From Desulfatiglandales bacterium (GTDB lineage: Bacteria > Desulfobacterota > DSM-4660 > Desulfatiglandales > Desulfatiglandaceae), in contig OY762721.1 in assembly GCA_963666345.1 (NCBI GenBank), positions 1,024,001 to 1,088,000 on the forward strand: a stretch of 64,000 nt of DNA, in the 5' to 3' direction. A program made the translations under genes and the position numbers. Below the pieces are notes generated by a model. It made no database searches, had not been told where the DNA came from, and saw only the letters and a list, made by a program, of their open reading frames with translations. Within the stretch, counting starts at the first letter, position 1, and every line of letters starts with the position of its first letter. Positions 1 through 9,841 of the stretch are shown piece by piece.

Positions 1-495
1 ATGGATCAGAAAACGAGGCGTTCCATAATGGACCATGACAGAGATAAATTTGAAAAATCCTTTGAAATATTGTCCGCCCAGGGATATTCGGACACGGTCA
101 TAAGGCACTGGTTGAATCCTAAGAACTTCGGCATAAAGGACAGCGGGCTCTGTGACGGCTACTCCGGGTGGAACGGGTGCCCTTACGGGGATTCAATGGC
201 GATCTGTATCAAGGTAACCGACGACCTGATTAAGGAAGCCACCTTTATGAGCGATATCTGCATAGGATCCGTATCCGCGGCAAGCCTGCTCACGGAAAAA
301 GTAAGATCCATGACCCCGGCCGAGGCGAGCGGGATTTCCGCTGCCAGGATAATAGATGAACTGGGAGGTCTGCCCGAGCAGTTTATCCACTGCGCGGATA
401 TGGCAAAAGACACATTGACCAAGGCTATTTTGGACTACTACGATAAGGGATACAGACAGGCCCCATGGAAGAAGATGTACAGGCCAGGGGGTTAG
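1..495 (+). CDS. NifU/IscU-like Fe-S cluster scaffold protein (NifU N-terminal domain)
   Basis: NPKNFG...GDSM.I.IKV..D.I.EATF..C..S.SAAS..TE...HCA pattern of NifU_N proteins. The true start may be ATG 28 or lie outside the window. Confidence 0.8.
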   Translation: MDQKTRRSIMDHDRDKFEKSFEILSAQGYSDTVIRHWLNPKNFGIKDSGLCDGYSGWNGCPYGDSMAICIKVTDDLIKEATFMSDICIGSVSAASLLTEKVRSMTPAEASGISAARIIDELGGLPEQFIHCADMAKDTLTKAILDYYDKGYRQAPWKKMYRPGG

Positions 496-610
496 ATGCT
501 GAAAGGGCCCATGAAATCGATCACCCTGGCTGACGGATAGCAAGGCTTTTCCATGTTTGGTTCTTCTCCGATTTAGTTGTGTAAAAAGGGTTCAAGTGAT
601 TGGTATTTAA

Positions 611-770
611 TCAGTGTTCGTCCATAAATCAGGATTTATGGACTCACGCTATCGGAAACCGGCTCTCAGCTGTCAGCAAAACATTCGGAATGTCAACTTA
701 TTGGCTGCTTGCTGATAGCTGACGGCTGAAAGCAGTATCCGGAAGTGAGCAATTTCCGGATGGGCACTAA
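611..770. repeat. Small palindromic intergenic element (MITE/REP-like), partial second copy at 20063-20126
   Basis: Perfect hairpin gtccataaatc-ag-gatttatggac (620-643), internal inverted repeats (tctcagctgtcagc / gctgatagctgacggctga), hairpin 737-761, and imperfect terminal inverted repeat tcagtgttcgtcc ... ggatgggcactaa. Confidence 0.6.
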
Positions 771-837
771 CTAACCAACTAATCGGGAGAAAATCCCTGT
801 CTTTTAACATAAAAGTCAATACCCGGGAAATAAGCAG

Positions 838-1074
838 ATGGATATGCAACCGAAAAAGGAATTTGCCCTGATTGACTATGATCTGTGCAGACCGCAGGGG
901 TGCGACCCTGACCAAGGGATCTGCGCTTCTTCAAAGGCATGCACACACAAGGTCCTCAAGCAGATAGACGGGAGGTTTGAACCTCCGATGATATTTCAGG
1001 ACATGTGCATGGGATGCTGGGACTGCATTGAGGCATGTCCACTTGATGCGGTCAAAAGAAGACATATAAACTGA
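838..1074 (+). CDS. Small 4Fe-4S ferredoxin-like protein
   Basis: CMGCWDCIEACP motif plus N-terminal C-x4-C-x6-C-x5-C cysteines. Confidence 0.8.
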   Translation: MDMQPKKEFALIDYDLCRPQGCDPDQGICASSKACTHKVLKQIDGRFEPPMIFQDMCMGCWDCIEACPLDAVKRRHIN

Positions 1075-1107
1075 GGCATCCCAGGCCTTTAAAAAAAACG
1101 ACAACAG

Positions 1108-1533
1108 ATGACACCACCAATAGGCGGGGCAAGGCCCCGCAACAACAGAAGGGGCGGAGGACGAAGGCGTCTTCGTCCTTCGGTAAACAGACTTCCACAC
1201 ACGGAGTGGCAGGCAGCGGCTCAATATAAAGCCGGTTCCCGGAAGGCAGAGGGCGAGGTTGAATCCATCAGAAGGCAGGCAAGCGAGCTTATCAGCAGCC
1301 TGAACAACCTGATGACCCGCATCAGCCGGATGGAGAGGGGAGAGAGTCTCTCGGCAATGGTCGCGGTTGTCGACCAGCAGCAGTGCATCGGTTGCGGCCT
1401 GTGCCTCGAGGCCTGCAGCTACGGGGCGATAACCCTCAAAGGAACCTCCAGCATAGATCCGCTTAAATGCAAGGGATGCGGCGACTGCCTGAACTTCTGC
1501 CGCAAGGGGGCAATATCCCTGAGCCCCGTTTGA
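1108..1533 (+). CDS. 2x[4Fe-4S] dicluster protein with Arg/Gly-rich N-terminus and coiled coil
   Basis: CIGCGLCLEAC and CKGCGDCLNFC motifs at the C-terminus. Confidence 0.8.
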   Translation: MTPPIGGARPRNNRRGGGRRRLRPSVNRLPHTEWQAAAQYKAGSRKAEGEVESIRRQASELISSLNNLMTRISRMERGESLSAMVAVVDQQQCIGCGLCLEACSYGAITLKGTSSIDPLKCKGCGDCLNFCRKGAISLSPV

Positions 1534-1581
1534 TCGAATACCCGGATGGACCGCTAGCAGTAAGAGGAAAGAGAAGAGGCA

Positions 1582-2045
1582 ACGAAAGGCTATTACAAGG
1601 TTTTAAAGATAAGTCCTCAAACAACCGATGAGGAGATAAAAAAGTCCTATCTAAACCTCGCCATGCGATATCACCCTGACAGAAATCGTGATGATCCTGA
1701 ATGCGAAGAACGACTCAAGGAGATCAATGATGCCCACAATGTACTTGGAGATGAAGGTAAAAGGCGGCAGTACGATCTTTTATGCTCTCATCGTTTGGGG
1801 AGGGTCAGACCTTTTTTGAAGGAGATCTCAGCGAGGATATCGTCGCAATCCTCAGACAGTTTATGAGCGGAGGGCTTCCCGTAAGAAGAAAGGGGGCCTG
1901 CAGGGGTGCAGGTTTTCGGAAAAAGGGATGCAGGCCGCTGGAATCGCAACTTTTGAGCGCAAGGGATAGGGATTACAAGAAGAGAGGGGTCCTTCCGGGC
2001 CCCTCTCTTAATTTTGAACATTCTGCCGCGTCGTCTCAACCCTGA
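1582..2045 (+). pseudogene. DnaJ (J-domain) protein, apparently start-less and frameshifted
   Basis: Frame from 1591 reads YYKVLKISPQTTDEEIKKSYLNLAMRYHPD (HPD motif), with no ATG/GTG/TTG between the in-frame TAA at 1561 and the J-domain. A plausible C-terminus (FFEGDLSEDIVAILRQF...GACRGAGF) continues in another frame from about 1782. Confidence 0.65.
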
Positions 2046-2081
2046 CTTTTCCCGAATTTATCGAACCTGCATGGCACTATA

Positions 2082-3575
2082 TCAGATAGTGGAGCAGACC
2101 TTTTCAATGGCTTCCGCCATGGCCGCATCCTCTTTTCTTATATCTTCCATGGTCTTGGGAAGCACCTCGGGAGGCCTTTGCTCAAGCCCGTATTTCCATT
2201 TGAGAAACTTCACTCCGGTAGTCGGATAAAGCGCCACGATAAGAAGATCAAAGTCGTCTTTTGCAAGATCACCCGCCTTTTTCCGTGCCCCGTCAAGTTC
2301 AGGCTCCAGATAATCGGCCGGACGCCCGGTGACGGGGGTCTCACCCCTAGCATATCCCTTGAGCACCTTTTTCCTGATATCGGGATCAGGCTCCGCCGGT
2401 GTCTTTCCGTACAACCCGTAGGCAAGGGCCTTGACCTCGTTTGTCACGATCTTGTATCTGCCGAAAAGGACATTCAGGACCGCCTGAACCCCCACGATCT
2501 GGCTTGTCGGCGTGACCAGAGGCGGCATGCCAAGGTCCTTTCTTGTCCTTGCCACCTCCTCGTATACCTCGGGAAGACGGTCCAGCGCGTTTGCCTCCTT
2601 GAGCTGGCTTACCAGGTTGGAGATCATTCCTCCCGGCACCTGGTGGATTAAAACGCCCGTGTCTATGACCGACATTCTGTGTCTTGCAAGATAATCCCTG
2701 TATTTGGGGGCTATGGTCTCTATGTAGTCTCCCAGCTCGAGAAGGGTCGCCAGATCAAAGCCCGGGTCCCTGACAGTCCCTACGAGGGTGGCGGCAATCG
2801 GCTCGACAGCCGGCTGAGATGTCCTGAGAGCGAAGGGGGCGAGACAGGTATCTACTATGTCCACACCTGCCTTGATCGCCTCGAGATATATCATTGATGC
2901 CATTCCGCTGGTATAATGGGTATGCAGATGTATCGGGATGGAGGTCTTCTCTTTCAGTGCGGTGATCAGCTTTGCGATATCAAATGGCGACATTATTCCC
3001 GCCATATCCTTGAGACATATGGTATCGGCACCCATCTCTTCCAGCTCGCGGGCCTTGTCCATATAATAGTCGAGGTTGAATATTTCACCCCCCATCCTTC
3101 TCTCTGTAAGGGTGTAGCATATCGTCCCCTGAAAGTGCCTGCCGTTTGCCTTGATCCGCTCTACGACCGTCTCGAAATTTCTGTAATCATTCAGGGCGTC
3201 AAAGACCCTGAACACATCCATTCCCGCCTCACAGCTCTTGTCCACAAAGAGTCTTGCCACATCATCGGCGTAATTTCTGTAACCGACCAGGTTCTGACCT
3301 CTTAAAAGCATGGATAGAGGGGTCTTTTTGATATACCTTTTAAGCGTTCTCAACCGCTCAAAGGGATCTTCCCCCAGGAATCTGTGGGTGGTGTCGAATG
3401 TGGCTCCACCCCATACCTCCATTGCCCAGAAGCCCACTTCATCCATCTTTTCCGCTATGGGAAGCATGTCCTCGGTCCTCATCCTTGTGGCAAGGAGGGA
3501 CTGGTGACCGTCCCTGAATGTGTTATCCTGGATCTTGACCGGGTTTTTGGGCCCATCTTCCAGAAATCTGTCCAT
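2082..3575 (-). CDS. Pyruvate/oxaloacetate carboxyltransferase (PycB/OadA/transcarboxylase 5S-like) without biotin-carrier domain
   Basis: RDGHQSL, EVWGGATFD, KDMAG, HTH and PLVTPTSQ motifs; no C-terminal AMK. RBS aaggaggt precedes ATG 3575. Confidence 0.9.
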   Translation of the reverse strand: MDRFLEDGPKNPVKIQDNTFRDGHQSLLATRMRTEDMLPIAEKMDEVGFWAMEVWGGATFDTTHRFLGEDPFERLRTLKRYIKKTPLSMLLRGQNLVGYRNYADDVARLFVDKSCEAGMDVFRVFDALNDYRNFETVVERIKANGRHFQGTICYTLTERRMGGEIFNLDYYMDKARELEEMGADTICLKDMAGIMSPFDIAKLITALKEKTSIPIHLHTHYTSGMASMIYLEAIKAGVDIVDTCLAPFALRTSQPAVEPIAATLVGTVRDPGFDLATLLELGDYIETIAPKYRDYLARHRMSVIDTGVLIHQVPGGMISNLVSQLKEANALDRLPEVYEEVARTRKDLGMPPLVTPTSQIVGVQAVLNVLFGRYKIVTNEVKALAYGLYGKTPAEPDPDIRKKVLKGYARGETPVTGRPADYLEPELDGARKKAGDLAKDDFDLLIVALYPTTGVKFLKWKYGLEQRPPEVLPKTMEDIRKEDAAMAEAIEKVCSTI

Positions 3576-3774
3576 TATGCCTACCTCCTTTTCTGCATAC
3601 GTCATGATAATCCTCGCGCCAAAAACGACGCGGCCCGCTGAGGGGAAGGCGCCTTAGGGCGCCCTTGATGCAGGACTAAACCGGGGGTACTGAAAACGCG
3701 ACTCTTTCAGCACCCCTTCACAAAATAAAGACCGGCTGATTGGATTGGTAAAATTTAAGTCGGAAACCGGGCAA

Positions 3775-4380
3775 TCAGATATTAGCGGACCCCGCCTTTC
3801 GTGCCGCCTGAAGACAGGGGAATGACGATAGGACATGATCCATGAACTTCACTTCAACACGATTAACGATGAGATCGCCTTGTCTTGTTATCCTGAATGT
3901 CTCTCTTACATCAAGCTCGGAGTCGGAGGGAGAAAAATCTTCCTCAACCTGATCTCCTACCTTAACCATAAGTTCGAAGTCCTCCGGCCTTAATTTGTCT
4001 TTCTGCAGCTGCCGGATTCCCTGCGGCATATAATACCTGAGATAAAGCATATCCGCTTCCGGGTCAAACCTTGAAAAGACAACAGGAAGATCCACGCAGT
4101 AGCTTTGCTCGGTGAATCTGTTCAATTCGATCTCAGCATCCGTAAGCCTTTTTCTGAAATGGCCGTATGACTCTGAAGGCTGCCTGCCTGCGGCTGTCTG
4201 ATCTATTAGCTGGGCATATCGTTTGGGAAAGTATCCTGCCGGATAGTTCTCGTTTGTATCAAGTGCCTTTACGCATACATTGAGCCCCATTTGATCGATT
4301 CTTACATTTGCGAAAAAAACCAGGGCAGTGAAACCGGCAAGCGCAATGATATAGATATTTTTTCTTATAGCCCTTAACAA
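3775..4380 (-). CDS. Hypothetical protein with N-terminal membrane anchor
   Basis: 201-aa ORF with TTG start, aggagg RBS and a hydrophobic N-terminal segment; no family recognised. Confidence 0.6.
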   Translation of the reverse strand: MLRAIRKNIYIIALAGFTALVFFANVRIDQMGLNVCVKALDTNENYPAGYFPKRYAQLIDQTAAGRQPSESYGHFRKRLTDAEIELNRFTEQSYCVDLPVVFSRFDPEADMLYLRYYMPQGIRQLQKDKLRPEDFELMVKVGDQVEEDFSPSDSELDVRETFRITRQGDLIVNRVEVKFMDHVLSSFPCLQAARKAGSANI

Positions 4381-4497
4381 CGCTCAATTTCCTCCTAATT
4401 CGTTATAATAAAAAAAGTACGGAATTTATTGAAATAACGGGGCATTGTCAAGACAAAAATGTGCCTGCCGCTCAAGGTCTGAAAAAAATCCCCTTTT

Positions 4498-5373
4498 TCA
4501 GGATTTTTCACTCAGGGCCTTCAAGGCCAGATAAAGGGCCTGGGTGCCTGAGCGGCCGTGTCCCTGTGCCTTTACCGCCACATAAAGCTGCTGAACAAGG
4601 GCCAGCCCCGGCAGGGAGACTCCGGCCGCAGAGGCCTCTTCCAGGGCGATCCCCATGTCCTTTATGAAATGTTCGACGAAAAAACCGGTATCATACTCCC
4701 CTCTGACGATCCGGGGCCCCAGATTATTTATACTCCACGAACTTGCAGCACCCTTTCCTATAACCTCGATAACCGCCTCACGGTCCAGCCCCAGCCCGGC
4801 CGCGTAGATAAGCGATTCACACACACCTATCATGGTTCCGGCGACAAGAATCTGATTGCACATCTTCGTATGCTGGCCAGCTCCCGGCCCACCCATATAG
4901 AAGATATTCTTTCCCATCAACCTGAATATGGGGACCACCTCATTGAAAACCGACTCTTTTCCCCCCACCATTATGGCAAGAGAGGCGTCTCTTGCACCTA
5001 TATCTCCCCCTGAGACCGGTGCGTCAAGGCTTTCAAGTCCCAACTCGACGGCCTTACGCGATATGGCCCTGGATAGCCCCGGCCTTGTAGTGGTCATATC
5101 CACGACAATGGAGCAGGCGGGTCTTGATGAAAGTATCCCCTTTTCTCCGAAATAGACCTCTTCAACATCACTCGGAAGCCCGATTATCGTAAACAGTATG
5201 TCAGTGGAGAAAGCGACATCAAAGGGGGAGTCACACCATATTGCGCCTCTCGCCAAAAGGCCCTCCGCCTTTTCCTTTGTCCTGTTGAATACATAAATGT
5301 CATGGCCTCCGTCAATCAAATGTCCTGCCATGGAAAAACCCATGACACCGGTACCGATCCATCCTATCTTCAT
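4498..5373 (-). CDS. NAD(P)-dependent beta-hydroxyacid dehydrogenase (3-hydroxyisobutyrate dehydrogenase / tartronate semialdehyde reductase family)
   Basis: KIGWIGTGVMG, DAPVSGG, KMCNQ and F..EHFIKDM motifs. Confidence 0.9.
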   Translation of the reverse strand: MKIGWIGTGVMGFSMAGHLIDGGHDIYVFNRTKEKAEGLLARGAIWCDSPFDVAFSTDILFTIIGLPSDVEEVYFGEKGILSSRPACSIVVDMTTTRPGLSRAISRKAVELGLESLDAPVSGGDIGARDASLAIMVGGKESVFNEVVPIFRLMGKNIFYMGGPGAGQHTKMCNQILVAGTMIGVCESLIYAAGLGLDREAVIEVIGKGAASSWSINNLGPRIVRGEYDTGFFVEHFIKDMGIALEEASAAGVSLPGLALVQQLYVAVKAQGHGRSGTQALYLALKALSEKS

Positions 5374-5778
5374 GACTTCCTCCTCCATATTATTCTGATA
5401 CGGCCCTTTAAATTCTCTTATGCCACTGTTTCAGAAGCTGCAGCCTCCCCCGAAGGCCTCAAAAAAACGACCCGGGGTTTCACGTTTTAATGAAATAATG
5501 CTTGAAAAGACAAGACTCTTGTGTATAGCTATATGGTTTATTTTCAAAAAAATTATTTATTGAAGAGACGGCTCGAGAAGTTCTCGACACCGATTCCCGA
5601 CGGATCAGGCCGCTATCTGAAAATCGGATGCAGTGAACCACCTTTGAGAAAACAGCAATCATAAAATCCACTGGCATTTCTCTTCGACTGAACCGGATAA
5701 AGATCTGATCCAAAGAGTAAGAGTATAATCATTCACACGGCAAAAAAACAAGCAAAACAGGCCTTACAGGAGAAAGAC

Positions 5779-7371
5779 ATGTACAGAGTTATGATAAGAG
5801 ACGGGATGGACCCGCTTGCAAAAGAGATTCTTGAGCAGACAGGGGAGATTGAGGTTGTAATTGATAATGACAAGGAGACAAATAAGCCTGAGGTCCTGGC
5901 CGGTATCATAAAAGACTTTGACGGTCTGGCAGTAAGAAGCGGCACCAAGGTGACCGGAGAAGTCCTGGCCGCAGCTACCCGCCTCAAGGTAATAGGCAGG
6001 GCCGGGATAGGCGTCGACAACATCGACGTGAGATCGGCCACCGATTCGGGAATAGTGGTCATGAACGCCCCCGGCGGCAACACTGTCACAACGGGAGAGC
6101 ACGCAGTGTCCATGATGATGTCTCTTGCCCGCAACATTCCTCAGGCTACGGCCTCACTAAGGGCAGGCAGGTGGGACAAAAAGAAATACATGGGGGTCGA
6201 AATCACAGGCAAGAGTCTCGGGATAGTCGGACTGGGTCACATAGGAAGAGAGGTGGCGGCCAGGGCGCTCGGCCTCAAGATGCAGGTACTGGCCTCGGAT
6301 CCTTACATAACAAAAGAGGCCGCCACTGAGCTTGGCGTCGAATTGATGCCGCTTGATGAACTCCTTGGTAAGGCCGATTTTATTTCCCTTCACGTTCCAC
6401 GCATGGACGAGACCAGGAACATGATAAACAGGGATTCAATCGCCAGGATGAAAAAGGGTGTGCGAATCATCAACTGTGCAAGGGGAGAGATATTAAATAT
6501 CGACGATCTCTATGACGCAATTGAAGAAGGTACCGTGGCCGGTGCCGCTCTGGACGTGTTTCCCAAAGAGCCTCCAGATTATTCGCTGCCTATCTTTTCT
6601 CATCCCAATGTTATCTTTACCCCCCATCTGGGTGCCAGCACGGGAGAAGCGCAAAAAAAGGTGGCCGAGATGATCGCCAGACAGATGGTCGATTACCTCA
6701 CCAACGGCGTCATCACCAACGCGGTCAACTTTCCTTCCATTCCGCTTAAGATTATGCCCCGGCTCAAGCCTTTTCTGGAGTTGGCCGAACGTCTCGGCTC
6801 CATGACCGGACAACTGACGAGACAACCCCATGATATCAGGATTACCTACAGCGGGGACGTTACCAAGTTTGATACCCATGTACTCACCCATGCGGTCTTA
6901 AAGGGGCTCCTGGATTCTTTTACCGATAAACCGGTAAACTATGTGAACGCCCATCATCTTGCCAGAGACAGGGGTATCGGCGTTGAAGAGACGATAAGCA
7001 ATGAAACTAAAGATTATACCAATCTTATCCAGATAAAGATGCCCGGGATCAATGAAGAGTTAAATGAGATCTGGGGGACCATATTCGCCAAAAACACCCA
7101 GAGGATAGTGCGCCTGGGCCGGATACATATGGATGCGGAACCGGAAGGCTGGATGATAGTCATTCAGAACCATGACAAGCCCGGAGTAATCGGAAACCTG
7201 GGGAACATGCTGGCGGGACACGGGATAAACATCGCCCGCTTTCATCTGGGCAGGCTGGAAGGCCGCGCCATATGTCTCGTAAATATAGATTCTCCGGCCA
7301 AAGAAGAGATTATAGATGATATCCGCTCCCTGCCTAATATAATAAGCGCTCAGGGCATCATGCTGAAGTGA
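5779..7371 (+). CDS. serA: D-3-phosphoglycerate dehydrogenase (type I, with ACT domain)
   Basis: GRAGIGVDNID, GLGHIG, INCARG and TPHLGAST motifs; C-terminal DKPGVIG ACT domain; 530 aa. Confidence 0.95.
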   Translation: MYRVMIRDGMDPLAKEILEQTGEIEVVIDNDKETNKPEVLAGIIKDFDGLAVRSGTKVTGEVLAAATRLKVIGRAGIGVDNIDVRSATDSGIVVMNAPGGNTVTTGEHAVSMMMSLARNIPQATASLRAGRWDKKKYMGVEITGKSLGIVGLGHIGREVAARALGLKMQVLASDPYITKEAATELGVELMPLDELLGKADFISLHVPRMDETRNMINRDSIARMKKGVRIINCARGEILNIDDLYDAIEEGTVAGAALDVFPKEPPDYSLPIFSHPNVIFTPHLGASTGEAQKKVAEMIARQMVDYLTNGVITNAVNFPSIPLKIMPRLKPFLELAERLGSMTGQLTRQPHDIRITYSGDVTKFDTHVLTHAVLKGLLDSFTDKPVNYVNAHHLARDRGIGVEETISNETKDYTNLIQIKMPGINEELNEIWGTIFAKNTQRIVRLGRIHMDAEPEGWMIVIQNHDKPGVIGNLGNMLAGHGINIARFHLGRLEGRAICLVNIDSPAKEEIIDDIRSLPNIISAQGIMLK

Positions 7372-7421
7372 GTAGACATCGACCACACTCGACAACCCCA
7401 GGACCGACAAGGACAGGCTGA

Positions 7422-8333
7422 ATGAATCGTCCTGACCGATTCCCTTCAAAAGATATAAGAGACATACCCGCTCCTGACCATTCGGATATCCTGGGGCTTA
7501 ATTTTATCAGGACACCGGGGATATACCACTTCAGAAGACATTACCGTTCGGGACTTCGTTCTCACATAATGGAACTGTTGAGACCCGGGGACCTTAGGAT
7601 CGAAAGAAAAGGAACACTCGACAAAGGGGGCATGCGGCTTTTTCCCAGGGCGCGGCCGGTCAGGATACTCAGGATATTCAAGAGGAGATTCAGGTCCCGA
7701 AAAGAGATTGAGTCGGAACTGAAGAGGGTCAAGATAATAAGTGCCTATCTCGGTCCGGACAATGTCGCCAGATCAGATGAATTTCTTGTCAGCTACCTGG
7801 CAGGCAAAAGATGCGAACATGTCCTTTGCGGTCTTCAGGAATATGTAGAGGGAGAAATCCTTGATCCCTGGGCCGGGCTTCATGATAAAATGCTTAAAAC
7901 GCTTTTATTACGCATGGCTTCTGAAAAGGCGGAAGCAGGAGAGCAATCGGTTGATAAACGGCTCTTTGATGCGAAACAAAAGGCCGGGGTCTTTATCAAA
8001 AAGTTAAAGGCCCTGGTGTATGAGGCAGGTTATGTACCCGATCTGGCAGGGATGGGGAATCTGCTGATAACGCGTGCCGGCGACATCAAACTGGTAGATA
8101 TAAACAATATCTCCAGGGTGGATTTTTCCCCGCGGATCGCTGTCGATGAAAAGGGCTATCCTGTCTGCGACAAGAGCATACAGGGGCTCGCCCTTCTCGA
8201 AGAACAGCTGAGCGGACAAATCGATAAAAAAGAAAAAATCTACGAAGTTTACACCGCTTCAAAAAGGGTCAAAGACGCAAGAAAGTTGGAAAGGCGGTTT
8301 CACCTCTCACTTGACACATCAAGTTACCCGTAG
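7422..8333 (+). CDS. Hypothetical protein with protein-kinase-like motifs
   Basis: LQEYVEGE, PDLAGMGNLLI and IKLVDINN occur in kinase-fold order. Confidence 0.6.
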   Translation: MNRPDRFPSKDIRDIPAPDHSDILGLNFIRTPGIYHFRRHYRSGLRSHIMELLRPGDLRIERKGTLDKGGMRLFPRARPVRILRIFKRRFRSRKEIESELKRVKIISAYLGPDNVARSDEFLVSYLAGKRCEHVLCGLQEYVEGEILDPWAGLHDKMLKTLLLRMASEKAEAGEQSVDKRLFDAKQKAGVFIKKLKALVYEAGYVPDLAGMGNLLITRAGDIKLVDINNISRVDFSPRIAVDEKGYPVCDKSIQGLALLEEQLSGQIDKKEKIYEVYTASKRVKDARKLERRFHLSLDTSSYP

Positions 8334-8345
8334 CCCTGCATCACA

Positions 8346-9638
8346 CTATTCCTGCATATTCTTGATTATATCCAAATCACCTTCCCAGGCGGATTCAAGA
8401 ATCGGCCGCATGTAGGTATCGACCATCTTCGCGTTCAGGGGAACGGGCATGTTCCTCAACTTCATGTCAAGCTGGGGATTTTTAGCGGCTGCGAGGCATC
8501 TTTCCATATGCCCCGAAGTCACGCCCGGGACCTCCCTTAGGCATGTCGGAAACCCCAGGAATCTGCTGAAATCAACCATCCCCCTGGCAACTGCCATACC
8601 AAGATCCCTTCCGCTCAGTGAATCGACCTTCTCATCCAGATAGCCGTAGCGTTTATAGATGTTACCGATCGTCCTTAACTGATCCTCTATGGCTGGGGCA
8701 AAAAATACGGTATAGTAGGGATTCATAAGGGCACATGCGCGGCCGTGGCTTAAGACATCGACGAGAGAGAAACTGGTCAGATGTGCGCCTGAGGTTCCTC
8801 CCACCATTATGGCGTATCCGCCCAGGTCGGTTCCAAGTCCAAGAAAGGTCCTGGCTTCCATGCTATTGGGGTCTTTCTTCATCTCGGTTAGACCTTTTAT
8901 TATAAGCTCAATGCCCACGGTTGCTATCTCCTTTGTCCTTTCCCGGCTTTCCGGTCCTGATCCGAAATAGACTTCCAGGCAATGGGCGATCCCGTCGAGC
9001 CCCCCGTCAAGGGTAAGACTCATCGGCTGAGTCGCAGTCACGTCATAGTCGAATATCGCGCGGGGAGGGATAACGGCCTCATCCACAATCAATTTTTTCT
9101 GACCCTGAACCGGGTCGGTTATATTCGAATATTTTGTAAGGTGGGCGCCGGAGCTCGATGCCATCATGACGGCAAGTACAGGTATAACGGTTCGTTCGGC
9201 CTTTTCGCATATCTTTGAGACCTGTCCTACCCCGAAAAAAGGATCTATTTCAGGTTCCATATCACCAAGGGTAGCCAAAGTCGCCGCCGCCTTCACGGAA
9301 TCGATCCCTGAACCACCGTCGGCTACAACAATGAAATCTGGCCTTTTGTGCATGATGTGACTGTGGATACGGTAAACATCCACAAAAGGGGCGTTCGGCG
9401 CCGCAGACCTTGCGATACCCACGACATTAACCCCTGCATCTTCAATAGAGTTAATGATCCTGAGCTGGAGCGGCTTGAACCACTCCAATTCGATGGGGCC
9501 TACAAACAAGGCCTTTTTACCCAGCTGGGAAGAGAATCTGCCGGCGGCCTCATCCAGTACACCGCTTCCGAAAGAGTAATTGTCGCCCTTAAATTCTCTG
9601 AGCATTGAAGCGGCACGATTCTTAAGATCTTTCATCAC
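8346..9638 (-). CDS. Iron-containing (class III) alcohol dehydrogenase
   Basis: GGSGIDSVKA, DGIAHCLE, AH..S and SHGRACA metal-binding pattern. Confidence 0.9.
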   Translation of the reverse strand: MMKDLKNRAASMLREFKGDNYSFGSGVLDEAAGRFSSQLGKKALFVGPIELEWFKPLQLRIINSIEDAGVNVVGIARSAAPNAPFVDVYRIHSHIMHKRPDFIVVADGGSGIDSVKAAATLATLGDMEPEIDPFFGVGQVSKICEKAERTVIPVLAVMMASSSGAHLTKYSNITDPVQGQKKLIVDEAVIPPRAIFDYDVTATQPMSLTLDGGLDGIAHCLEVYFGSGPESRERTKEIATVGIELIIKGLTEMKKDPNSMEARTFLGLGTDLGGYAIMVGGTSGAHLTSFSLVDVLSHGRACALMNPYYTVFFAPAIEDQLRTIGNIYKRYGYLDEKVDSLSGRDLGMAVARGMVDFSRFLGFPTCLREVPGVTSGHMERCLAAAKNPQLDMKLRNMPVPLNAKMVDTYMRPILESAWEGDLDIIKNMQE

Positions 9639-9772
9639 CTGACTCCTCTCACAAAATATTTCATTCGCCTTCGCCCGAATACCCTGCAGCTTGATTTCAT
9701 TCTATTTATTCGGATTCCACTGAAAGATCAACCTGACCGTAGATTTGAATATTCTATTTATGAATATAGAAT

Positions 9773-9807
9773 AAAGGCCTGTCCCTTCTGAAAGGACAGA
9801 CCTTTAT
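9773..9807. terminator. Hairpin terminator after glcF-like gene
   Basis: Stem-loop taaaggcctgtcc-cttctgaaa-ggacagaccttta. Confidence 0.55.
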
Positions 9808-9841
9808 AGCTTATGTTTGTTTCATTTTTTTCGCAGGAATG

